IMG/VR virus record: IMGVR_UViG_3300045116_000675
Coordinates: 1-36,627 of that record
Direction: 5' to 3' (one strand)
From: a virus
Lineage: Duplodnaviria; Caudoviricetes
DNA: 36,627 bases
Below, piece after piece: positions 8,699-16,066 of this stretch. The notes beneath the pieces were generated by a model, which did no database searches, had not been told where the DNA came from, and saw nothing but the letters and a program-made list of their open reading frames with translations. How positions within the stretch are numbered: position 1 is the stretch's first letter; each line of letters starts with the position of its first letter. Both the position numbers and the translations under genes were made by a program.

Positions 8699-9699
8699 AA
8701 ATATTTATAACAGGTCTTGGCGGATTTGTAGCAAGTCATCTTATTGATTTATGCTTAAAAAATGGTGATGAGATTTGTGGGAGTATCAGATGGTATGAAG
8801 ACTTATATAGGCTTGGGCCATATCAGGACAAAGTAATTGCAAAATATGCTGATCTCAATGACCTTAGTAGTATCATACGTGCAATAGCCGATACAAAACC
8901 AGATGTAATAGCTCATCTGGGCGCACAATCGTGGGTGCCATTTAGTTTTAGTAACCCGATTGTAACACTGGAAACTAACACAATTGGCACCCTAAATCTC
9001 TTAGAGGCGGTCAGAATAATACATGACTATATCGATCCAGAATACAAACCGTTAATTCATATATGTTCAAGTTCAGAATTCTATGGCAAAGTAGAGCGAA
9101 AAGATTTACCAATCACGGAAATGCACCCAGCTAATCCAGGCAATCCATACGGGGTTGGGAAAGTTGGAGCTGATTATATATCTCAACTTTACAACAAGTA
9201 TTATGGAATGAGAATAATAATCACAAGAATGTTTACTCATTGTGGGGTAGGCAGAACCATGATGAGCGCGGAAAATTATTACGCTCGTCAAATAGCATTA
9301 ATCGAACAAGGAGCTGAACCAATAATAAAAATGGGAAACATGAAAAGCATTAGAACATGGGCCGATGTAAGAGATGCGGTTAAAGCATATTATGAACTTT
9401 ACCTATATGGCAAACCTGGAGAGATCTATAATATATCCGGCGAAACAACAAAATCAATTCAAGAGGTTTTGGACTATCTTTTGAGTATTAGTAAAATTGA
9501 TGTTTCGAAGATTAAATTTGTGGATGAACCAAAGTACCATCGAAAAATAGACGTGGATTTACAAGTAGTAGATATTAGTAAATTTAAGGAGGACATAAAA
9601 TGGCGGCCGGAGATAACTTTCGAGCAGTTAATGCAGGATTTGCTCAACTTTTGGCGAGAAAAAGTCAAAACAAATCCTTACATCTGCGAAGTAAACTGA
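8695..9699 (+). CDS. gmd: GDP-mannose 4,6-dehydratase-like extended SDR
   Basis: ITGLGGFVASHL, HLGAQSWV..SF, SSSEFYG, PYGVGK, RTWADVRD. Confidence 0.75.
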   Translation: MKIFITGLGGFVASHLIDLCLKNGDEICGSIRWYEDLYRLGPYQDKVIAKYADLNDLSSIIRAIADTKPDVIAHLGAQSWVPFSFSNPIVTLETNTIGTLNLLEAVRIIHDYIDPEYKPLIHICSSSEFYGKVERKDLPITEMHPANPGNPYGVGKVGADYISQLYNKYYGMRIIITRMFTHCGVGRTMMSAENYYARQIALIEQGAEPIIKMGNMKSIRTWADVRDAVKAYYELYLYGKPGEIYNISGETTKSIQEVLDYLLSISKIDVSKIKFVDEPKYHRKIDVDLQVVDISKFKEDIKWRPEITFEQLMQDLLNFWREKVKTNPYICEVN

Positions 9700-10532
9700 A
9701 CATTTTAATTACTGGCGGAGAAGGATTAATAGGCAGAGAACTACAAGAAGTCTTGGAATTTGACGATTGCAAGGTTTATATTTTAGACATCAAAAATGGC
9801 CAAGACGTTATGAACTACGAAACATGTAAGCAATATTGCACCGGCATGGATCAGGTTTATCATTTATTCGGAATTAAGGGAAATCCTCATGTAACCAAGA
9901 ACTACCCAGCAAGTTTTATGTTGCCTATGTTGCAAGGGGATACAAACATGATACGTGCAGCTGTTGAGTGCGGAGTAAAAACATTTCTTTATACATCAAG
10001 CATTGCTGTAGAGCACCCTCAGACTGATGAATATCCGGCATGGGCAAAGCAAACAGCAGAAAAATTAATTGACGCTTTAAGAATTCAGAAATGTAAAACT
10101 GAGTTCGTAATAGTAAGACCAAGTAACGTATACGGGCCGTATGATAATTTTGATAACAAACATGCTATGGTTATTACCTCCTTGGTTAAACAAGCTGTAG
10201 ATAAAGGAAAGATAACTCAAATTGGAAAGGGAGATAATATCCGAGATTTTATTCATGCAAGAGATGTTGCAATGGGTATGAAAAAAGCCATGACAGAAAG
10301 ACCAATTTATCCGGTTAATTTATGCTCGGGCGATGGAGTATCAATAGCCAAGATCATTGAATTAGTCGCTAAAGAGTCAAATGCTCAAATAGAAAAGTTG
10401 GACTCAGATGAATATCATGGAGACAAGGTCAGGGTAATGAAGCAAAATTGGGAATTTAAACCAATGATTCAAATAGGCAAAGGGATAAGGGAGGTGGTTA
10501 ATGCTTACCGTAATTCTACCGACCAAAGATAA
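9696..10532 (+). CDS. NAD-dependent epimerase/reductase (extended SDR), probable CTG start
   Basis: NILITGGEGLIG, YTSS, WAK, RPSNVYGPYD, RDFIHARD; CTG 9696 overlaps the upstream TGA. Confidence 0.8.
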   Translation: MNILITGGEGLIGRELQEVLEFDDCKVYILDIKNGQDVMNYETCKQYCTGMDQVYHLFGIKGNPHVTKNYPASFMLPMLQGDTNMIRAAVECGVKTFLYTSSIAVEHPQTDEYPAWAKQTAEKLIDALRIQKCKTEFVIVRPSNVYGPYDNFDNKHAMVITSLVKQAVDKGKITQIGKGDNIRDFIHARDVAMGMKKAMTERPIYPVNLCSGDGVSIAKIIELVAKESNAQIEKLDSDEYHGDKVRVMKQNWEFKPMIQIGKGIREVVNAYRNSTDQR

Positions 10533-11142
10533 TATCACTCCGTTACATGAGGCGATTAGTTCTTTTTTTAGTAGTACAATCGATCGAGACTTTAAATTTG
10601 TGGTTGCATATAACTTTGAAAATAAGCAAATAACAGAAGTTTTAGAGTCCTTTCCATTCAAAATAGATCGCGTTCATTATACGGGAGAGAACAACATAGG
10701 GTGCTACAATAGAATAATGCGAGAAAATCCAGGAGATTTCTTATTAATCCATGACGACATGTCCTTTAAACAATTATTTATGTTTGATTGGCTGCAAAGT
10801 ATGAAATCAAATTCTAAAAATGAAACAATCGGATTAATGACAATGATCGGAGGAGTTGGAACATCTGGAGATGATTATGTGAATGGGTTAAAATATGTTG
10901 GATCGTGGTTTATGTATATCCCTGAACATACTGTGAAAGAAGTTGGTTATTTTGATGATACGATGAGAATTGGCGAGGATATAGATTATGCGTATAGAGT
11001 AAATAAAACAGGAAAAAAAATAATCATAATGCCCTTTTGGCATGAACATCATCAAACCAGAGAAACACCCCATTTACCACAAACAGAAGAAATAAAAAAG
11101 GAGGCTGCGTTATACTTTAAGAAAAAACATGGCTTTTCATAA
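10501..11142 (+). CDS. GT2-family glycosyltransferase
   Basis: LTVILPT, LIHDD, VGYFD...GEDIDYAYR; SD GGAGGTG. Confidence 0.8.
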   Translation: MLTVILPTKDNITPLHEAISSFFSSTIDRDFKFVVAYNFENKQITEVLESFPFKIDRVHYTGENNIGCYNRIMRENPGDFLLIHDDMSFKQLFMFDWLQSMKSNSKNETIGLMTMIGGVGTSGDDYVNGLKYVGSWFMYIPEHTVKEVGYFDDTMRIGEDIDYAYRVNKTGKKIIIMPFWHEHHQTRETPHLPQTEEIKKEAALYFKKKHGFS

Positions 11143-12010
11143 AATAGCAATACTGATTAATGTAAGAGATCGTCCAACTGAACTTTCACTATTACTTCAA
11201 AGTTTAAGAACCCAAACAAGGCAAGACTTTGATGTATTTATCCTCGATGACCAGTCGGGTACGCCATTGACTAATTATCATTTCTTTCATTGTATCACCA
11301 TGAGGATGAGACTTGAAAATCATAAAATATTCTTAAGAGGCACAGATTTCCCTCATGGAGTTAGTAAGGCAAGACAGGCCATAGTAGACTGGGCACTTGA
11401 AGATGATTATGAATATTTCTTAAGAGTAGACGATGATGTTATCCTTGAGCCAGATTATTTAGAACAATTATTTGAAGTTTTAAACGAGGGTTATGATATT
11501 GCGAGCGGAGTAACAGTACCAATGACTGGGCCAATTCTAAAAAGAGAAACAAAAAACGTAGGATCTGTCATAAACAAAGTAATTCTCGATGAAAACGGGA
11601 ATTATATTTTTAATGGAGATGATTGCGGATGTGAATACTTAGACAAAAAGATCATGCCGGCACACCATTTTAGAAGCTGTGCACTGATGAAGAGATCCGT
11701 AATGGAAAAAATAAAATATGTACCAACACCACTTTCGACACATGGTTTTAGAGAGGAACAAATATTCTCATACAAGGCGCAAATTGATGGATTAAAAATT
11801 GGGGTAAACACGAAGGCAGTAAACTATCATCAAATGACTCCAAGCGGAGGGGAAAGATTTCCAAATCAAGTTGATTTAACCAAATTTAATCAAGAGCAAT
11901 TCGAAAAATGGACAATCGAAAACAAAGACAAATTATTAAAGATCTTTCCGTTTGAGGAATTAACTAAACAAGAATTAATGAAGGAGACTAATCTATGCAG
12001 ATTGCGTTAA
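11129..12010 (+). CDS. GT2-family glycosyltransferase
   Basis: RDRP..L..LL.SL..QT, ILDDQS, RVDDDVIL, FREE. Confidence 0.85.
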   Translation: MAFHKIAILINVRDRPTELSLLLQSLRTQTRQDFDVFILDDQSGTPLTNYHFFHCITMRMRLENHKIFLRGTDFPHGVSKARQAIVDWALEDDYEYFLRVDDDVILEPDYLEQLFEVLNEGYDIASGVTVPMTGPILKRETKNVGSVINKVILDENGNYIFNGDDCGCEYLDKKIMPAHHFRSCALMKRSVMEKIKYVPTPLSTHGFREEQIFSYKAQIDGLKIGVNTKAVNYHQMTPSGGERFPNQVDLTKFNQEQFEKWTIENKDKLLKIFPFEELTKQELMKETNLCRLR

Positions 12011-13062
12011 TTGGAACAATTATTGGAAGTACAGGGTACGATATTCATACTCGAAACTTAGCTAACGCCTTAAACAAGATTATTCCAGTTAGACTAATTA
12101 CTGGAATTCCTCCCGGAATGAATCTCAATCTAACCGATTCAGAACTTGGAATGTTAAAAAGACCTCAAATAAAGGATGAAGTAAATCTTATTATAACACA
12201 TCCAATGCATTGGAAACTTAATCTCGGAAAAAGAAATTTTGTGTATTTGATATGGGAGGGCGACTCGGTACCCAAACATATAGCCAATGAATGTGCTAAT
12301 CCAGAAATTGAAAAAATCATTGTACCCAGTAACCATGTTAAGGATGCATTAATAAAATCAGCTGATACGATTCAATTTGCCGATATTTTTGATAAAGTTG
12401 TAGTTGTACCGCATGGAATTAATCCCGAATTATTTAAACCAGAAGTAAAGCCAAAGAAATGTGTTTTCCTGGCGAATAAGGGATTTAGAAATTTAGAAGA
12501 TCGTGGCGGGATTCAGTATTTGATCAAGGCATATCTGGAGGAGTTTACAAACAAGGACCCGGTAGAATTAATCATTAAAATAAATCCCGCGTATGGAATA
12601 ATAAACTTTCAAGAAGTACTAAAGGATTCATTTTTCCCTCAAAAGACGAATTCTGCGCCAATTCACATAGATGTGGGACTTTACGACTATGAAAAATTAC
12701 CTCAACTATACAACAAAGCGACCGTGTTTGTAAGCCCAACCAGGGCAGAGGCCTTTAATATCCCATGCTTGGAGGCAATGGGGTGCGGTTTACCAGTAAT
12801 TACAACGAACTTTGGAGGCCAAACGGACTATGTAAATGACAAGAACGGATGGATAGTCGGAGGAGAATTAACTGAAATTAAACACGAATTACAGTATGAA
12901 GGTACCAAATGGCTTACTCCGGATATATCCGAGCTAAGAAACGCGCTCAGACAAGCCCTGAACAAGCCAGACGAGGTCTTTTCTAAGGGGATGAGGGCCA
13001 ATTTAGACGCGCAAAGTTATACATGGGATAAATCAGCCAGATTAATTAGGGAGTTAATATGA
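11995..13062 (+). CDS. GT4-family glycosyltransferase
   Basis: TGY near the N-terminus, VPHGI, RAEAFNIPCLEAMGCGLPVITT. Confidence 0.88.
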   Translation: MQIALIGTIIGSTGYDIHTRNLANALNKIIPVRLITGIPPGMNLNLTDSELGMLKRPQIKDEVNLIITHPMHWKLNLGKRNFVYLIWEGDSVPKHIANECANPEIEKIIVPSNHVKDALIKSADTIQFADIFDKVVVVPHGINPELFKPEVKPKKCVFLANKGFRNLEDRGGIQYLIKAYLEEFTNKDPVELIIKINPAYGIINFQEVLKDSFFPQKTNSAPIHIDVGLYDYEKLPQLYNKATVFVSPTRAEAFNIPCLEAMGCGLPVITTNFGGQTDYVNDKNGWIVGGELTEIKHELQYEGTKWLTPDISELRNALRQALNKPDEVFSKGMRANLDAQSYTWDKSARLIRELI

Positions 13063-13205
13063 GGAGATACATTGAAATACTGATCGAAGAAAAAGTATAT
13101 AATCGGCTTTTAGAACTTTGCGAGATAATGGAGCTTGACTTAGATGAACTGATCGGATCATTGGCCAAAGAATTTATAGATAAAAATAAAGAAATATACG
13201 AATAG
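13059..13205 (+). CDS. 48-aa ribbon-helix-helix-like DNA-binding protein
   Basis: Own translation MRRYIEILIEEKVYNRLLELCEIMELDLDELIGSLAKEFIDKNKEIYE*; beta-alpha-alpha pattern; ATGA overlap. Confidence 0.6.
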   Translation: MRRYIEILIEEKVYNRLLELCEIMELDLDELIGSLAKEFIDKNKEIYE

Positions 13206-13218
13206 CAACATTTAAATA
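13205..13218 (+). promoter_or_regulatory. TATA-type promoter of the RAMP-like gene (AACATTTAAAT copy 1)
   Basis: Identical 11-mer at 13207, 14081 and 14709. Confidence 0.65.
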
Positions 13219-13276
13219 ATCTAATTAATTAATTATAATGCCTAAAGGTTAATACCTGAAAGGAGGAATAAACGCA

Positions 13277-13810
13277 ATGGTAGGAGAAAAAACAATCATA
13301 ATTAACTTCACGTTAAAAAGCATTAGTCCATTAAAAATGGATAAATGGGTTGATGGTACTCAGCCAAAAAACGAAGAGGGATATAAAAAACAAGCCGAAG
13401 AGAAAGTTTACAAAGATGACAAAGGGAATATTGTTATTCCCGCAAGTGCTGTGAAAGCATGTATGAAATACGCTTCTTCCGAAATTGGTAAAAGAACAGA
13501 TGCAAAACGTAATAGACAAACAATCCAGGCCTCTGTATTTATCGAAAGCGATTTGTCATTAGAAAGAAAGAATCATGACGGGATCGTTAGAGATATCGTA
13601 ACCAGAGGACAAGGATCAAAAGTCACAAGAGTCCCTTCGTTTAGACCAATTATAAAGAGTTGGTCAGCAAAAGGAAAAATGCATCTTTTTGGCGTACCTG
13701 ATGCATTTGTCAAAGAATGCTTAGAACTTGGAGGATTAAGATTCGGTTTGCTTTCGCATAGGCCAGAATTTGGTAGATTCGTAATCGAGCGTTGGGAGAT
13801 AACAAAATGA
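13277..13810 (+). CDS. Stand-alone Cas7/RAMP-like RNA-binding protein (candidate effector of the downstream RNA array)
   Basis: N-terminal strand ending SISPL, IPASAVKACM (cf. RAMP IPgSslKG), C-terminal Gly loop GGLRFGLLSHRPEFGRF; SD GAAAGGAGG; no other cas genes in window. Confidence 0.8.
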   Translation: MVGEKTIIINFTLKSISPLKMDKWVDGTQPKNEEGYKKQAEEKVYKDDKGNIVIPASAVKACMKYASSEIGKRTDAKRNRQTIQASVFIESDLSLERKNHDGIVRDIVTRGQGSKVTRVPSFRPIIKSWSAKGKMHLFGVPDAFVKECLELGGLRFGLLSHRPEFGRFVIERWEITK

Positions 13811-14073
13811 AAATAGACAAAGAAGAAATCCAACAACTCGGTTTGAATGCAATCAAAGAGTATTTCAATTTGGATCCTGCTTCGTTAGATAAAGAGTTTC
13901 TTGTGCATTTACACAACAAGGCAAAACTTGGAATGCAATTCGAAAGAGAAATGAATCTAACAAGGAGAGCAGTTGAAATGAATTATCTAAGAGTATTCAA
14001 ATCAATAGCCGAGGACAAAAAAGAATTCAAACAATACATTAAGAAGGCAATGCCTAAGTATTACCCAATCTAA
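13807..14073 (+). CDS. 88-aa helical protein translationally coupled to the RAMP-like gene
   Basis: ATG 13807 overlaps the RAMP-like gene's TGA; amphipathic helical sequence. Confidence 0.75.
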   Translation: MKIDKEEIQQLGLNAIKEYFNLDPASLDKEFLVHLHNKAKLGMQFEREMNLTRRAVEMNYLRVFKSIAEDKKEFKQYIKKAMPKYYPI

Positions 14074-14077
14074 AAAA

Positions 14078-14092
14078 GCAAACATTTAAATT
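14078..14092 (+). promoter_or_regulatory. TATA-type promoter for the non-coding array (AACATTTAAAT copy 2)
   Basis: TTTAAATT at 14085, about 30 nt before the first GGT pentamer (14117); the following T-rich tract 14091-14110 could also terminate the upstream operon. Confidence 0.6.
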
Positions 14093-14112
14093 TTCATTTA
14101 TTTTCATTTTAT

Positions 14113-14709
14113 ACACGGTTATATCGGGTTTGGCGAGTTATGTCATCGTAGGGTTCTGTGAGGCGAGGTATTAACAAATCATAATCCTGTGACATTGTCG
14201 GGCGCGTTAGAGTCTATTCAGGCATGGTTAGGTGCGGTAAAATGGAGACACAATCCAAAAATCATATTCGATAAATCCGGTAAGGCAAGGCGCAGCTGGG
14301 TTCGTTGGTATAAGGTTCGGTCCGGTAAGATAAGGTATTAAATAAATCATAATCAATAATGCAAGGGAAGATAAGATAGGGCAGGTTAAGGTTCAGTAAG
14401 GTAAGGCAACGTTGGGTGCGTTAAGGTAAAACAAATCATACTCAATGAAATTCAATATGGTAGGGTTTGGTACCTTTTGGTTTGGTTTCGTAAGGTTCGG
14501 TATTATTTGGTATATACTAATCATACTCCTACCAAGGAAATACTGTAAGGTGAGATAGGATCAGATTTGGTATCGTGGGCTGCCTTAAGTTAGTCTGTGT
14601 TAAGGTCTGGTGTTAAATAAATAATCATAATCTCCTTGTAGAGAAATAAGGTAAAGCTGGGTTTGATTGGGTCCGGTGGAATTCGGTCAGGTAAGGTTCT
14701 GTAACAGAA
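14113..14709 (+). ncRNA. Array of seven putative guide RNAs built from in-register (GGY-like)-NN pentamers
   Basis: No ORF of 60 aa or more on either strand; pentamer tracts at 14117-14171, 14191-14240, 14279-14338, 14360-14429, 14459-14513, 14544-14613, 14650-14704; hand count: 44/83 triplets exact GGY, 82/83 end in a pyrimidine. Confidence 0.8.
14177..14632 (+). repeat. Six AATCATA(A/C/T)TC linker repeats separating the array units
   Basis: AATCATA at 14177, 14260, 14345, 14434, 14519, 14623 (spacing 83, 85, 89, 85, 104). Confidence 0.9.
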
Positions 14710-14720
14710 ACATTTAAATA
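14709..14720 (+). promoter_or_regulatory. TATA-type promoter (AACATTTAAAT copy 3), leaderless
   Basis: TTTAAATA at 14713, 29 nt before ATG 14742. Confidence 0.65.
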
Positions 14721-14741
14721 GTTAATTATTTAATTAATTTA

Positions 14742-14930
14742 ATGGCAAAGAGGTTAACAGACGCACGAATGGCGATAACTCAAAAGACGGTAGGATTTTA
14801 TTCATACCAAAGAGAATTTTTTATCAAATATCCTGACTTCAAACCAGACAGATATTGTCGCATTGCAATCGACGAGCAAATTAAATTGATTGATCCGGAG
14901 ATGATCCCATATGAAAAGGCAACTAACTAA
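14742..14930 (+). CDS. Small protein, possibly RHH-like regulator
   Basis: KTVGF..YQREFF......PDRYCRIAIDEQI pattern; leaderless promoter. Confidence 0.6.
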   Translation: MAKRLTDARMAITQKTVGFYSYQREFFIKYPDFKPDRYCRIAIDEQIKLIDPEMIPYEKATN

Positions 14931-15186
14931 ACAGGAAAAAGAAATGACCAATAAGGTAATAATCAAGCAAGAGGAAACTCTTAAAGATCTAAAGGAAGCA
15001 TTAGAAATGAAAAAGATTTTGGTAGATAAAATTTTACCGTATAATCGTCGAATGGAAGACAAGCATAACAATCAGGAGTTGGACATTTTGCAGGAAAAAA
15101 TAAAGGAAACACGATGGGCGATTGATAGTGCTAAGGAGCAACTATTGCACGGTGTAGAATCTAAAAAGGTGGCGGGTGTAGAATGA
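14911..15186 (+). CDS. Coiled-coil hypothetical protein
   Basis: 91 aa, E/K/L/Q-rich; SD GGAG. Confidence 0.7.
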   Translation: MKRQLTKQEKEMTNKVIIKQEETLKDLKEALEMKKILVDKILPYNRRMEDKHNNQELDILQEKIKETRWAIDSAKEQLLHGVESKKVAGVE

Positions 15187-15308
15187 AAGACAAATACTGG
15201 AATATATTCGGAAAGATAATCGGTAAGGTAATTGCGGGATTAGTATTTCTGTCTGTGATTTTATTTTTGGTTTGGTTAATTAAATTTTTCATAATTAAGA
15301 TCTTGTAA
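15183..15308 (+). CDS. 41-aa membrane protein
   Basis: Own translation MKDKYWNIFGKIIGKVIAGLVFLSVIFILVWLIKFFIIKIL*; ATGA overlap. Confidence 0.6.
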   Translation: MKDKYWNIFGKIIGKVIAGLVFLSVILFLVWLIKFFIIKIL

Positions 15309-15317
15309 GGAGGGACA

Positions 15318-15827
15318 ATGACAATTGAACGAATGCCAACACCGGAAGAATTTAAGGACTTTACTCCGATTGGAATAGGCCGAAAAATTCCAGCAAAGGA
15401 GAAATTTATTCAAAAAATGACTGAATTTTCTGAAAAGATCAAGCGGCAAGGAAAACCATTCTGTGATAAAGCGGCTTTAGATGAGTGGGCCCGTAAGCAA
15501 CGAGACGAAATAGAATCTCAAACCAGGCAGTACGGATTTATAACAAGGGAACCCGACCCTGAAATTGATTTTTCAAAGTACTGTGATCTGAATAATTTCA
15601 CGATGGAACCAAACGCTGAAGATCCAACACTAAACTTCACAGGGGAAGAATATGATCCAACATTTTCGAAGAAACACAATAAAGAAGCAAAATTGAAATA
15701 CCGAATTTATAGGTTCAAGGGATACGAATCATACAAATACAGGGTAATGGAACCAACTTATGGTGCTTGGGATAAAGATATTCAAAAGATGTCCGAAGTG
15801 TCAGACGCAAAGCAAAAAAAAGCTTAA
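15318..15827 (+). CDS. Hypothetical protein
   Basis: 169-aa ORF with SD AGGAGG. Confidence 0.75.
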   Translation: MTIERMPTPEEFKDFTPIGIGRKIPAKEKFIQKMTEFSEKIKRQGKPFCDKAALDEWARKQRDEIESQTRQYGFITREPDPEIDFSKYCDLNNFTMEPNAEDPTLNFTGEEYDPTFSKKHNKEAKLKYRIYRFKGYESYKYRVMEPTYGAWDKDIQKMSEVSDAKQKKA

Positions 15828-15900
15828 ACAGGGACCAATAGGTCTGTGCTGTTTAAAATGCGGCTATACTTGGAAACCTGAAAGGAGGGAACATGGATAA
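15760..15900 (+). CDS. 46-aa zinc-ribbon protein
   Basis: Own translation MVLGIKIFKRCPKCQ...CCLKCGYTWKPERREHG*; two CxxC pairs; overlaps the upstream gene's 3' end. Confidence 0.5.
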   Translation: MVLGIKIFKRCPKCQTQSKKKLKQGPIGLCCLKCGYTWKPERREHG

Positions 15901-16036
15901 ATATGTATCGCAGATAAAATGCAAAAACTGTAAAACCTTTAGCTGGCATCAGATAGACAAAGGAGTAACAGTCAAAGAATATCTTAAGGAAAAAATTTGT
16001 GAAAATTGCGAAAATCCATTCATAGACGATGAATAA
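15893..16036 (+). CDS. 47-aa zinc-ribbon protein
   Basis: Own translation MDKYVSQIKCKNCK...ICENCENPFIDDE*; SD GAAAGGAGG. Confidence 0.65.
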   Translation: MDKYVSQIKCKNCKTFSWHQIDKGVTVKEYLKEKICENCENPFIDDE

Positions 16037-16066
16037 GTGTGGAAGTAAAAAGGGAGGCAAAAGAAA

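Noticed and set aside
14113-14709. Canonical CRISPR array
   Set aside because: The constant element is only about 10 nt, the intervening sequences are themselves 5-nt patterned rather than random spacers, and there is no cas1/cas2/cas6
14113-14709. Protein-coding repeat gene, simple microsatellite or iteron origin
   Set aside because: No ORF of 60 aa or more on either strand; a 5-nt period does not fit codon structure; variation is concentrated at positions 4-5 with no register slips; units are not identical iterons
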